Source: a virus
Length of the DNA stretch: 64,000 nucleotides
IMG/VR virus record: IMGVR_UViG_3300027659_000010
Reading direction: 5' to 3' (one strand)
Shown: piece by piece, positions 47,252 through 57,114 of the stretch
Layout of the letters: every line of letters starts with the position of its first letter
Numbering within the stretch: position 1 is the stretch's first letter
Position numbers and translations under genes: made by a program
Notes under the pieces: generated by a model
Seen by the model: only the letters and a program-made list of their open reading frames with translations
Database searches by the model: none
Told to the model about the DNA's origin: nothing

Positions 47252-47932
47252 ATGTATAAAAAAATGATCACCAAACAAATATTTACATGCCCAGAAGGGC
47301 TAATTGAACAAGCACTCAAAGAGCATCCAATTACAGAAAGTATTGTTCTTAATGAGCCAACTGGTGACTTTTTCTACGACAAGTGGGTGATCAAAGAATT
47401 TTACAAAGGTACAATTTGGCAACAAGTTTTAGACACAATGCCTATGTCTGTTGGCCAAGCACGGATTATTAAACTAGAGCCGGGAGAAAGTTACATGGCT
47501 CATGCTGATATAGACAATCGCTGGCATTTAAATTTAACAGGTGAACAATCATATCTAATTGATTTAGATAATAAAGTTATGTACGAATGCGTAAGAGATG
47601 ATCACTGGGCGTACATGGATGCTAGTCATATACATGCTGCAACAAATTACGGATCCATTCCACGCTTGCAATTAGTAGTCCGAGAACTTTTATTCCGCAG
47701 TCGTCAACCTGTGGACTTAGTTAGCGTTGTTATGGAACCAGCGCATCCTCAGCATGATTTTAGATACAAGTTTGATAAAATCTTTAGCCCATTTCTAAAC
47801 CGTGCTAATCAAAAATACAAGTTAGCAGACTTTGCATACAACACATCTAATCTGTCGTTTAAATTAGAGCGTGAACTGCTAGAAGATTTTAAACAGCTTG
47901 CAACAGAAGATTTTAAAATCACACATGATTGA
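47252..47932 (+). CDS. AspH-like Fe(II)/2OG oxygenase
   Basis: ARIIKLEPG..HAD..RWH..HAATNYG..RLQLV. Confidence 0.7.
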   Translation: MYKKMITKQIFTCPEGLIEQALKEHPITESIVLNEPTGDFFYDKWVIKEFYKGTIWQQVLDTMPMSVGQARIIKLEPGESYMAHADIDNRWHLNLTGEQSYLIDLDNKVMYECVRDDHWAYMDASHIHAATNYGSIPRLQLVVRELLFRSRQPVDLVSVVMEPAHPQHDFRYKFDKIFSPFLNRANQKYKLADFAYNTSNLSFKLERELLEDFKQLATEDFKITHD

Positions 47933-48605
47933 CACAAGTAATTGGAAACCATTTTTTAAATACGGCGATGATGGTAGTCTGTGTTTAGCCCAACAAACTT
48001 ATGAGCCGTTAATTAGTCCGGATCGTACAATGTTCTGTGCCAATTACAATTGGCAAAACAAATACCAACGCACATATGAAGACAGAGAATTGTACACTGC
48101 TGAAGTATGTGACTGGTTCTTTGAAAACGAATTATATCATTTAACAAAGTTTAAAGGTAAGTCTTATGTACCCAACATTGTTGATATTGACTATACAAAT
48201 AAAAAGGTATTTTTTGAGTGGAACGGATATACGTTTAATGAAATGTTACACCGTGGCGAAGCTGTAGAGTGGGAGGATCAATTAAAATATATAATGCTAG
48301 ACTTACATAAAGGAGGTACATATAAACTTACTATGTATCCGCATTGTCATTTTTTAGATACCAACGGAGTTATGAAGACTATTGATTGGTATGGATGTGT
48401 TGCTGTACGTCATCCGTTCATACATACCAAATACATGAATGCCATAGTTCATGAAACTGCTAGATTTAGATTAGAGGAAACAGGCGACCCTGTTAATAAT
48501 CTTTTAAATTTAGAAACTATGTTCAAACGTAGTTTAAGTACACACGTACTATGGCGTGATAAAAATATGTATTACATTTACAAGGAAATATTTACTAATG
48601 AGTGA
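47925..48605 (+). CDS. protein-kinase-like (APH-like) fold protein
   Basis: FENEL, VPNIVD, YKLTMYPHCHF (degenerate catalytic loop), MKTIDW (DFG-like); ATG 47925. Confidence 0.5.
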   Translation: MIDTSNWKPFFKYGDDGSLCLAQQTYEPLISPDRTMFCANYNWQNKYQRTYEDRELYTAEVCDWFFENELYHLTKFKGKSYVPNIVDIDYTNKKVFFEWNGYTFNEMLHRGEAVEWEDQLKYIMLDLHKGGTYKLTMYPHCHFLDTNGVMKTIDWYGCVAVRHPFIHTKYMNAIVHETARFRLEETGDPVNNLLNLETMFKRSLSTHVLWRDKNMYYIYKEIFTNE

Positions 48606-48699
48606 TAAAAAAATGAACATTGGGTTAATTGCACCGTGTTATATATGCGGCAAACGTGAAAACGTTTCTGGGTTCAAATCCTCCACCTTCCGACAATAA
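48598..48699 (+). CDS. 33-aa CxxC peptide ORF (uncertain)
   Basis: MSDKKMNIGLIAPCYICGKRENVSGFKSSTFRQ; ATGAGTGA overlap with the upstream stop; ends 10 nt before the next ATG. Confidence 0.3.
   Translation: MSDKKMNIGLIAPCYICGKRENVSGFKSSTFRQ
48621..48695 (+). pseudogene. decayed tRNA-Ser-like sequence
   Basis: TGGGTTAATTGCA-CCGTG-TTATATA-TGCGG-C-AAACG-TGAAAA-CGTTT-CTGGG-TTCAAAT-CCTCC-ACCTTCC-G-ACA; 5' acceptor strand is missing. Confidence 0.5.
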
Positions 48700-48709
48700 A
48701 GGATATAGG

Positions 48710-49288
48710 ATGGCAAAATTAGTTGGAAGCACCGAAGGTAAAATTGACTGGGACTCTATAGTTCAAATATGCAAAGATTCTACTGACGGAGACTTTAATT
48801 CTGTAGGTACAGTCGTTGACCGTTCAGAATCTAGCTGGACTGAAAATCCTGAGTTATTAGGATCATACCGAGATGTTATTAAAATATGGCAAGATGCAAA
48901 ATATAATCTGTCATTAATAGAATGGTACGATTATTATCCCGGAAAACATTTTGATATTGAAGTTCAGAATAAGTTTTCAGATTTAGTTAATGCTGATCCA
49001 CGCCGCGTGTTTGTTAGTGAACTATGGCCCGGTAGATGCGTTCCTAAACACTGGGATGTTGAAGACCAAGAAAAAGAGTGGTTAGCCGAAGGTGAATTAA
49101 AACGCTGGGTTGTGTTTATAGATAAACCCCAATTTGGCCATGTATTCTTATTTGACAATCAAGATGCATTTTATTATATACCACAACATCAAGTATGGGA
49201 GTGGGATCATTATAGAAACTGGCATGCTGGTACAAACTGCGGATCAGAACCGTATTACTTGTTTCATTTTTTAGGAAAGCCAAGATGA
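48710..49288 (+). CDS. Fe(II)/2OG oxygenase-like cupin
   Basis: PG..VPKHWD...WHAGTNCG; ATG 48710 (track 48629). Confidence 0.65.
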   Translation: MAKLVGSTEGKIDWDSIVQICKDSTDGDFNSVGTVVDRSESSWTENPELLGSYRDVIKIWQDAKYNLSLIEWYDYYPGKHFDIEVQNKFSDLVNADPRRVFVSELWPGRCVPKHWDVEDQEKEWLAEGELKRWVVFIDKPQFGHVFLFDNQDAFYYIPQHQVWEWDHYRNWHAGTNCGSEPYYLFHFLGKPR

Positions 49289-49830
49289 TTGAATACATCA
49301 GTAATTGTTCGGCACTAATTGATTGGGATGAAATTATTGAACAATGTGCAAACACGCAACCTGAATATATTGGTCCTAAACATAAGAAAGGTGATACGAT
49401 TCCGGGATTAGATGAAGTGGTAAATCTATGGGAGCATGCAGGATATAAGAATGTAACTGATGGTGGAACTGTAAGTTGGGGAATGTATATGCCAGGTAAG
49501 CAGTTTGACGAACGCAGTGTTCAAACATTCTGTGACATATTTGGAATTAATAACTACCATACTGCCTGGATAAGCAAGATTGATGTAGGATGTTTTGCTC
49601 CTATACACTGGGACGTTAATGACCACGAAGAAGAACTTGCAAAGTTATCACCTAAGGTTAGATATCACTGCCATATAGGAAAGCCAAAGTTTGGACATGT
49701 CTTTATAGTAGAGAACCAATGCTTTTATAATAAAGCACAGGGTGATACATTTAGATGGCAAGACAGACGATACTGGCATGCTGGTTCTAACTGCGGATTA
49801 GAACCTAAATATATTTTTAACTTATGGTAA
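49285..49830 (+). CDS. Fe(II)/2OG oxygenase-like cupin (paralog of upstream gene)
   Basis: APIHWD...KPKFGHVF...WHAGSNCG. Confidence 0.65.
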   Translation: MIEYISNCSALIDWDEIIEQCANTQPEYIGPKHKKGDTIPGLDEVVNLWEHAGYKNVTDGGTVSWGMYMPGKQFDERSVQTFCDIFGINNYHTAWISKIDVGCFAPIHWDVNDHEEELAKLSPKVRYHCHIGKPKFGHVFIVENQCFYNKAQGDTFRWQDRRYWHAGSNCGLEPKYIFNLW

Positions 49831-49832
49831 CT

Positions 49833-50291
49833 ATGAAAGTTTGTATTACAGGAACAACACGCGGCATTGGTAACGTATTATCTAAACACTTTAAAAAATC
49901 AGGGTGGAAGGTTGTAGAGCTCAATCGCGGAGATGAAATTATTAAGTCGGGTGTGGGTTGTGATTTGTTTATTAACAACGCTTACATTAATGGACACCAG
50001 ATAGATATCTTCAACCAACTGTACGCTAGCGTTGCTAAGATGGTTGTAATGGGTAGCATTGCTTCCGATTATCCAGATCCTAATATGCTAGATTATAGTA
50101 AACACAAGAAAGAATTAAAAGAACGTGTGCTAGAAGTCGCCAATAGCTCTGTGAACAAAGCAGATATCTTGCTATTACAACTAACAGGCGACAGTTACAA
50201 CGACTACGATCTCATCATCCGCACTATAGATTTTTGGTTAGAGTATCCTAAGATAACATGTGTATCATTTATACCAGGGAAGCCAAACTAA
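49833..50291 (+). CDS. short SDR-family oxidoreductase
   Basis: ITGTTRGIG, FINNA, YSKHK (YxxxK). Confidence 0.75.
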   Translation: MKVCITGTTRGIGNVLSKHFKKSGWKVVELNRGDEIIKSGVGCDLFINNAYINGHQIDIFNQLYASVAKMVVMGSIASDYPDPNMLDYSKHKKELKERVLEVANSSVNKADILLLQLTGDSYNDYDLIIRTIDFWLEYPKITCVSFIPGKPN

Positions 50292-50890
50292 TGGAAAAGA
50301 AAATTATTATCACGGGTCATACTAATGGCATTGGCAAATCTATATACAATACTTTTAAAGAAGGTAGTTGTAGAGAAATTCTAGGTATGAGTCGTAGCAA
50401 CGGATACGATATAGATAAAGACTTTGACAAAATTGTAGAAGAAGCCACCGGAGCTGAAATCTTTATCAATAATGCGTATAGAGATGGACAGCAATTAAAA
50501 TTATTACAGGCTCTTAAAAATAAGGTTGATATGATGGTAGTAATGGGTAGCGTTAGTAGATTCTATCCTGAAATTATCCCAACACAATATGTTTATGATA
50601 AGCAAGCCTTGGCCGAAGCATGTAGAAAAATTAGTCTTGATCCAACTGGCATACCGTTGTTACATTTAGATTTGAGTTTTATTGAAGGAACAACCGTTGA
50701 TGAAGATATCCCCACTGCTTTTGTAAGTGACAATACTGTAAGTCATAAAGATATTATTGATACTATTATTTTCTGGATACAACATCCTGTAGTACGACAA
50801 GTGGAGTTCAGATGGCAGCTTACTCCTTATTTAAAAGAACAACTATATAAATGTAATCCTAATTTAGATCCAGCGAGGATAACGGTTTAA
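50291..50890 (+). CDS. SDR-family oxidoreductase
   Basis: ITGHTNGIG, FINNA, MGS, YVYDK; TAATG-coupled start at 50291. Confidence 0.75.
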   Translation: MEKKIIITGHTNGIGKSIYNTFKEGSCREILGMSRSNGYDIDKDFDKIVEEATGAEIFINNAYRDGQQLKLLQALKNKVDMMVVMGSVSRFYPEIIPTQYVYDKQALAEACRKISLDPTGIPLLHLDLSFIEGTTVDEDIPTAFVSDNTVSHKDIIDTIIFWIQHPVVRQVEFRWQLTPYLKEQLYKCNPNLDPARITV

Positions 50891-51418
50891 GTTTTCATAA
50901 AACAAATCTACATTAATTTTCCATACAGTTTGATCTGTACCTCTGTAGAATATGTCTTTCACTTTTTTGACCACACCTATTTTTTCTAGCGTTGGAAAAT
51001 AAGTTCTGTGCACAAATCTTTGACTAGCAATCTTACTTTCGTTTGATGTAGCATATACATTATTACCGGCCCACTCAATGCATTGAGGTAATAGGAATTG
51101 ATCTGTTAAATTTTGATGTTGGCCTATAGCAACATTAGCAGTCATCATTCCACCACCATTTCTTGCTCCACGCAATATACAACAACGAGTTAAAACCCTA
51201 TAACTGTTCTGGCCCATAACATCATCAAACGAATGTGCGGCAACACTTCCAATAGCAATATCGTCTTGATACAGAATCCATGCATTCCACTTATGTTCGT
51301 TATGAAAGCATTCTATCATTGTTTTTTGACTACTGTTATTGTAAAAACCTTTCTCTGTTGCTTCTTTATAAAAACTAGAAAGGTCTAACTTATCATTCCA
51401 TTCTACTAATTTGTACAT
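50864..51418 (-). CDS. GNAT-like hypothetical protein
   Basis: WILY....IGSVA, YRVLTR.C, VYATSN pattern; weak assignment. Confidence 0.45.
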   Translation of the reverse strand: MYKLVEWNDKLDLSSFYKEATEKGFYNNSSQKTMIECFHNEHKWNAWILYQDDIAIGSVAAHSFDDVMGQNSYRVLTRCCILRGARNGGGMMTANVAIGQHQNLTDQFLLPQCIEWAGNNVYATSNESKIASQRFVHRTYFPTLEKIGVVKKVKDIFYRGTDQTVWKINVDLFYENLNRYPRWI

Positions 51419-52376
51419 TGATTACATCTTCTTTATTTCTTATAAAGTGATCAGTTCCACACATATCGCACTCCGGTATTGCACAAAACTTTGAGAAATG
51501 AAATTTTAAAACATCACCTTCTGAACATGTTTCTAAATTTAGAGCTTGATAGTCAACATACTTCTTCCAGTCGGGGTCGTCTAAGCTATTATGGAATTCT
51601 AAAAGTTTCTTTACAGTACCTAATGCAGAACATTTGTATATCTTTTTATCTAGTAAAAAATTACACATCGGACTACTACATCCTTCTTTGTAAGAGATAT
51701 GGGGTAATCCTGTTTTAAAAGGCTTAGGTTTTGTGGCCTGCATATAGTGATTCTTTTTAAAATCAAATTGCGGACGGAAGTGAACAAAAATTTTATCGTT
51801 GCAGTAATAATGGTCATTAGGCTGTTCGCCTAAGAAATATTCTTTATTCTGATCAATCCATTTCCCAAAGTAGGGATCTTTCCTAGGATTATCTAACTGC
51901 ATGAACTTTTTTAAAAACTGATTTGCATCATCTTTAGGTAATCCTAATCTTGTAACTAACTGGTTAACGCCTTCAGTTATTTTTGAAGTCATTTTTGCAT
52001 CAAAGGCTGCAAAATGATTACATACAAACAAACCAGATTCGTGTTTAATTAAAAAGTCTGCGACTTCATCTACGTGTTTAGATAACAGTGTTCCGTTTGT
52101 TGAGAACTGTATCTTTGCAGTAGGATCTATTTTTCGTATGTGCGTTAGTATAATATCGATCTTATCTAAGTATAATAACGGTTCACCTCCAATAACACTA
52201 TACAATTCAATCTCAAACTTTTCTTTGGCTAGTGTAATGCCTTCTAATATTGTTTCAATATCCGGATCTTTATCTGTATCTCTAACGACATTACTTCTAG
52301 TATCGCACTGATTGCATGATAGATTACATTTAGCACCGTAGTACACATCAAGCATTTTAAGGTATGGTTTAGTCAT
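51393..52376 (-). CDS. radical SAM protein
   Basis: CNLSCNQC, GGEPLL, STNG; C....C...YKC...CDMC. Confidence 0.88.
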   Translation of the reverse strand: MTKPYLKMLDVYYGAKCNLSCNQCDTRSNVVRDTDKDPDIETILEGITLAKEKFEIELYSVIGGEPLLYLDKIDIILTHIRKIDPTAKIQFSTNGTLLSKHVDEVADFLIKHESGLFVCNHFAAFDAKMTSKITEGVNQLVTRLGLPKDDANQFLKKFMQLDNPRKDPYFGKWIDQNKEYFLGEQPNDHYYCNDKIFVHFRPQFDFKKNHYMQATKPKPFKTGLPHISYKEGCSSPMCNFLLDKKIYKCSALGTVKKLLEFHNSLDDPDWKKYVDYQALNLETCSEGDVLKFHFSKFCAIPECDMCGTDHFIRNKEDVINVQISRME

Positions 52377-53532
52377 TTGATGATCTCAGATCTATAACAG
52401 GATAAAATTTTCGTACATGCTGATTGCTGATTTCTTTTTTAGATTTATAATTTTCAATATATTCTGCCAGTTCTAAATTAACGTCTTTTAACGAATGACC
52501 GGTTAATTTATCTACAGAATTATTATAAAAAATAAATTCTTCAAAGTAGTTGTTGTCATCTTTGTTTAAAAATTGCAAAACTTCCGGGTAGTCTTGTACA
52601 GCATGTTTTATGATATTTTTATATTCCTTAGGCAAACATGAAATCCGTAGAAATTCAGGATAAGATAAGAATTTTTTTTCTAATTCGAACTGTGAAAATT
52701 CTTTAGTTATAAACTGATCTAGTTCTTTTAATTTGTTTACATTATACACATTTACAACCGTAGAAATTCCTATAGTAGTACTCTGCTTTGGTCTTGAATC
52801 AATTAAAGAACTATAGAATTTTAAATTTTTTACTATCTCATTAAAATCTGATTTGCCTCTAATGTATTCATTTAAATGTCCAACCCCGTCTATGCTTACA
52901 TTTAAGTCTAAAAATCTACATTTTTTAAATGCTTCGAGTATATAATCTGTTGGCAGCACCGTTCCGTTGGTGTATGTAGAAACAACAACTTTTGATATCT
53001 CATTGGATAGTACCATATCTTTAACAAACTCCTGAGCCCGAGGACTTATCAACGGTTCGCCCCCAAATAATTTAATTTCTTTTAAATGAGTTTTATCGAT
53101 ATCGTTGTGTGTTGTAGATGCTACAAATTTTTTAGGGCTAATTGGTTTCCCTAATATTTTTAATTCGTCATCGTATAATAGATGACTGTTTGCAGATGAA
53201 CACATTCTGCATTTTAAATTGCATAGATTATCAAATTGTATTTGTATAGCATGTATCTCTATATTTTCAACATTACCATATTTCTTAACACTCCGTTGAC
53301 GCATGGATTCTATGCCTGCAACTTCCTCCCTGTAGCATTGATCACAACCGTTTACAATTTCGCCAGCCAACATTTGTTTTCTTACTTTTTCTAATTGACC
53401 GGTATTAAACGATTTCTCAAAAGATTCGTTAATTAGTATCTGATGGGAATAATTCTGACAGCACGGTTGCAACACGTCGCCGTTGTTTATTGTAACTTCT
53501 CTAAAAGGTAATGAACAATAAGTGTCATGCAT
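52369..53532 (-). CDS. radical SAM protein with N-terminal twitch domain
   Basis: YCSLPF..PCC..CDQC; CNLKCRMC; GGEPL; TNG; SIDG. Confidence 0.9.
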   Translation of the reverse strand: MHDTYCSLPFREVTINNGDVLQPCCQNYSHQILINESFEKSFNTGQLEKVRKQMLAGEIVNGCDQCYREEVAGIESMRQRSVKKYGNVENIEIHAIQIQFDNLCNLKCRMCSSANSHLLYDDELKILGKPISPKKFVASTTHNDIDKTHLKEIKLFGGEPLISPRAQEFVKDMVLSNEISKVVVSTYTNGTVLPTDYILEAFKKCRFLDLNVSIDGVGHLNEYIRGKSDFNEIVKNLKFYSSLIDSRPKQSTTIGISTVVNVYNVNKLKELDQFITKEFSQFELEKKFLSYPEFLRISCLPKEYKNIIKHAVQDYPEVLQFLNKDDNNYFEEFIFYNNSVDKLTGHSLKDVNLELAEYIENYKSKKEISNQHVRKFYPVIDLRSSND

Positions 53533-54220
53533 ATAATTGTTTTGCTCGGTCCATGAAGTCTATGGGGAAATTTGTCTTAAAACTTTCAAATGCTAACATT
53601 TGAAGATTGCTAAATGAAGTAGGAATATCTAATGAAATCCCCATTGAATCTATTTTAGAAAACAAATCATGTTGTCTATCTTCACTAATATGACTTAATA
53701 CACTACGTATAGATATTTGTGGTTCAAAATCTTTATAGCAGAAGAAATAATTAATGCTCTTAAGTTTGCCATCTACTATAAAGTAACTACTAGGATGCAA
53801 ACTGTACTTGTATATACCTAATGTTTTGTGCGCTTTAAAAATTTCTAACATCTGTTCTTGCCAATCGGGTAATATGTCGTCATACGCACAGTTGTTATCT
53901 AGAGTTTGTTGCCAAAAATCTACACCTTGTATTTGCATGTAGATTTTTTTATTATCTAAATCTATATTTGTTATTTCCGGAACCATGTCCGGGAATGAAT
54001 TACGCATTTGAGTAAGATAGTTCACTTCTCGTAGCCACTTCTCTTCCATTAATGCTGGATCAACTACTTGGTTCTGTTCTTTATGATAATCGGTATCGTT
54101 GGTATAATGTTGGCAAAAAATTGTTTTGTCTTCATTAACTAAACTTGTGTAGATCAAATTATTCCTACATAATCCTTTTCCCGGAACGTTATTATAGTAG
54201 TACTCAAACTTTGTTGTCAT
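53525..54220 (-). CDS. protein-kinase-like fold protein (paralog of 47925-48605)
   Basis: WLREV, VPEITNID, YKYSLHPSSYF, LKSINYF. Confidence 0.5.
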   Translation of the reverse strand: MTTKFEYYYNNVPGKGLCRNNLIYTSLVNEDKTIFCQHYTNDTDYHKEQNQVVDPALMEEKWLREVNYLTQMRNSFPDMVPEITNIDLDNKKIYMQIQGVDFWQQTLDNNCAYDDILPDWQEQMLEIFKAHKTLGIYKYSLHPSSYFIVDGKLKSINYFFCYKDFEPQISIRSVLSHISEDRQHDLFSKIDSMGISLDIPTSFSNLQMLAFESFKTNFPIDFMDRAKQLYA

Positions 54221-54225
54221 ATAGC

Positions 54226-54242
54226 TACTTATCTGATAAGTA
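54226..54242. promoter_or_regulatory. palindromic back-to-back late-type promoters
   Basis: TACTTATC-T-GATAAGTA perfect inverted repeat between divergent operons; TAAGTA on both strands. Confidence 0.55.
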
Positions 54243-54273
54243 TGTACGTAATTTAAATTAAGGATAGTATATA

Positions 54274-54873
54274 ATGAAAGAGGTTGTCTATAGCGAGATG
54301 CCTAGGGTAACAGTGTACGAAGACGTTGTAGATCATGAGTTTTGTGACTATATTATTAACAAATTCACCAAAGCAGGAATGAACCCAAGAGCAGGATGGG
54401 AATCATATCAACAATCTGACGGGCAAGTGCACGAAGGTATAGAGCAAAGAAATATTAGCTGGGACACTCCTCAAGAGATTCGAGAATTCTTTTGGGCTAT
54501 TATAACTAGAGTTACCGGTGTTCCTAGAACACACATCGAAGCAGGCGATATTTATAGATATGATGAAGGTCAATTTTTTGATCTGCATGTTGACTATCCT
54601 CTTGAACCAAAAAAGATAAATTATTATACTAATGGTGGGGATAGAAAACACACTGCAATTTTTTATTTAAATGATAACTTTGAAGGTGGTGAGTTTTACT
54701 TTCCAATTTTAGGATTTTCTATTAAACCTAAAAAAGGATCAATGGCTTGGATAGAGTATGACTATCCGGACGAGTCTATTAATCAATCTAGCGTACACGA
54801 ATCTACAATAATTACCAAAGGTGAGAAGTGGATATGTGCAACTTTTATTGCAAACGGTCCGAGGGTTGAATAA
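54274..54873 (+). CDS. prolyl 4-hydroxylase-like 2OG-Fe(II) oxygenase
   Basis: RYDEGQFFDLHVD, R..TAIFYLND.FEGGEF.FP, HES..I.KGEKW. Confidence 0.88.
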   Translation: MKEVVYSEMPRVTVYEDVVDHEFCDYIINKFTKAGMNPRAGWESYQQSDGQVHEGIEQRNISWDTPQEIREFFWAIITRVTGVPRTHIEAGDIYRYDEGQFFDLHVDYPLEPKKINYYTNGGDRKHTAIFYLNDNFEGGEFYFPILGFSIKPKKGSMAWIEYDYPDESINQSSVHESTIITKGEKWICATFIANGPRVE

Positions 54874-55799
54874 TGACCGATAGAATAAAATTTGAGACTA
54901 ATTTCTCCGTGATGGTGAACAACTTGTGTAACATGACTTGTAGTCATTGCACAGGGTTAGCTATGTATGATTTCTTAGGTACGTTCAAATGGGGTGATTG
55001 GAACCAACGATATAAGCGATGGTCTGAAATTCTAGATCTAAGATATGTGTCTATATGCGGTGGAGAGCCTTATCTACATCCAGAGTTAGAGTTATGGTTT
55101 GATAGCTTACGTGAATGGTGGCCTGAGGCTAAAATAGAAATACTCACTAACGGCACTAGATTATCTAAACGGATTGAGTTATCAAGAAAAATAATAAGAG
55201 ATGGTAATGCATACTTACAGGTTTCTTGCCATGATGCAGATACATTTAATAGTATGAATGAAGACTTATTAGCAATTTTAGAGCCCTGGAAAGATTCACT
55301 ATCAAATGTTAAAAAAGAGAAAGTACCTTTAGAGTCTTGGAAAATGCTTGAGTACTATTCAGAAGGACGATTAATAGCAAGACTACAACAAGTTACAGAA
55401 ATGGCGCCTCCTTATCACAAGTATGTCGACAACGGTACTGTGTATTTTGAGATGGGTGGGGATATGGTTAAAAGCCATGAATCATGTGTGTGGAAAGACT
55501 CTTACACATTCCAGCATGGAATTCTATATAAATGTCCACCTGTAACAAATTATCCAGAGGCTAAGTTACAGGTTGGATTTGAAAAAGAAGCAAGAGAAAT
55601 ATTAGAACAGTATAAGGGATGTGATCCTTTAAGCGATGACAAATCGGTAATTGAGTTTATTAACAACTTAGCAGTACCAATACGAGTATGTGAACTATGT
55701 GCATTTGACAAACAAAAAGTAGAACTAGGAATACCAGTCACGTTAGATTCTAGTCGTAAGAAAAAATTTAGACAATTTAAATTAACTCAGTATGATTAA
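54873..55799 (+). CDS. radical SAM protein
   Basis: CNMTCSHC, GGEPYLHP, TNG; LYKCP..CELC. Confidence 0.88.
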   Translation: MTDRIKFETNFSVMVNNLCNMTCSHCTGLAMYDFLGTFKWGDWNQRYKRWSEILDLRYVSICGGEPYLHPELELWFDSLREWWPEAKIEILTNGTRLSKRIELSRKIIRDGNAYLQVSCHDADTFNSMNEDLLAILEPWKDSLSNVKKEKVPLESWKMLEYYSEGRLIARLQQVTEMAPPYHKYVDNGTVYFEMGGDMVKSHESCVWKDSYTFQHGILYKCPPVTNYPEAKLQVGFEKEAREILEQYKGCDPLSDDKSVIEFINNLAVPIRVCELCAFDKQKVELGIPVTLDSSRKKKFRQFKLTQYD

Positions 55800-56607
55800 A
55801 GGTATCGGCGGTAAGCCTTATATAAACTTAGATTCTTACTTAGACATTGAAGGATTCAAAAACTTACATCCTGAAATATGTAAGGGCTTTGCTTTGGCAA
55901 GAGATTATGCTAAAGAAGGCACCTGGATGAAACCTGGATTTAATTGGAAAGATGCTAGTTACATTATTAACTGGAAACCAATTTATAAGGCAGTAGAAGA
56001 ATACCTAGCGTTGCCAGAAACAGATCCTATACGTGTTGCCGGTGACCCATTGTACTTTACAGACCTGAGCAATTTTAAAAATCGTAATACATTTACACGC
56101 TATTTAAAAATGGTGCTAGGCGCTAGTGATCCTTACATTTACTATTTCTTATGGGAGCAAGGTGACTGGAATAACCGTGGTGCTGAACGTAGACCCACAG
56201 AAGAAAGCAAATATTTTCCAGGTGTAGTAGTATGGGTAAAAAACTTATTAGAACAGAATATTATTAGCCAGGTAGGTCGTGTTATATTCTTCCACTGTGA
56301 CCATAACGGATTAGGATTTGAGCATAGAGACCTAGATGCCAACAATGGCATATTAGAAAAAAACTCTTACACAGATCATCGCAACGAGTTTATACACATA
56401 CGTTTTAGAACCAAGCGTGGATTTTATATTTGGGATCCAGATACTGAAAATAAACACTATATTAACAGCAACGCAGGCTTCTGGAACGATGAAGATTGGC
56501 ACGGTGGAGACAGCATAGGCGAGCAAGACTATGCGTTACGTGTGGACTGTAAGTTTACACAAGAGTTTCGTGCCAAGTTAGGCATTGCACACTTGGATAG
56601 CTATTGA
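55792..56607 (+). CDS. Fe(II)/2OG oxygenase-like protein
   Basis: GRVIFF..EHRD...WHGG...LRVD facial-triad pattern. Confidence 0.55.
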   Translation: MIKGIGGKPYINLDSYLDIEGFKNLHPEICKGFALARDYAKEGTWMKPGFNWKDASYIINWKPIYKAVEEYLALPETDPIRVAGDPLYFTDLSNFKNRNTFTRYLKMVLGASDPYIYYFLWEQGDWNNRGAERRPTEESKYFPGVVVWVKNLLEQNIISQVGRVIFFHCDHNGLGFEHRDLDANNGILEKNSYTDHRNEFIHIRFRTKRGFYIWDPDTENKHYINSNAGFWNDEDWHGGDSIGEQDYALRVDCKFTQEFRAKLGIAHLDSY

Positions 56608-56616
56608 GGAAACATT

Positions 56617-57114
56617 ATGAAATATATTGGAAATTTTGCTGAATTTATAAAAGACGAGTGGATCGCAGAAGTGTTATCTGGCCGAGGCAAGGCTAGACCA
56701 AAAGATTGGCCGCCGGCATATACACAAGAAAGCAATGAATACAAAAAGGCAACAGATGCAGGATACGACCTCGAAGGAATTCACTGGTATGTATTTGACA
56801 GCGGGGAAGATCTTAGTTTTCAAATTGAGTTCCCGTTTTTAAAGAATGAAAATCATTGGTGGATTACAAAACTTTATCCCGGACAGTACATGCCGATGCA
56901 TTCAGACCCGCATGTACATGAAAAGGACGGAACGCGATATTGGATTCCTTTACAGGACTATCATCCTGGGCATGTGTTTATATATAATGACACACTAATG
57001 ACAGGTTACAAAAAAGGGGATGTGTTTGTGTTTCTCGATTCTTACGATATGCATGGGTCTGCAAACATTGGACATATTCCTAGATTAAGTTTGTTGATAA
57101 CCGAATACGTATGA
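56617..57114 (+). CDS. Fe(II)/2OG oxygenase-like cupin
   Basis: LYPGQYMPMHSD..RYWIPL..HGSANIG..PR. Confidence 0.7.
   Translation: MKYIGNFAEFIKDEWIAEVLSGRGKARPKDWPPAYTQESNEYKKATDAGYDLEGIHWYVFDSGEDLSFQIEFPFLKNENHWWITKLYPGQYMPMHSDPHVHEKDGTRYWIPLQDYHPGHVFIYNDTLMTGYKKGDVFVFLDSYDMHGSANIGHIPRLSLLITEYV

Noticed and set aside
37359-55799. Calling individual radical SAM genes queE, moaA or nrdG
   Set aside because: Lengths and auxiliary Cys clusters do not fit these families; no specific symbol is supportable.
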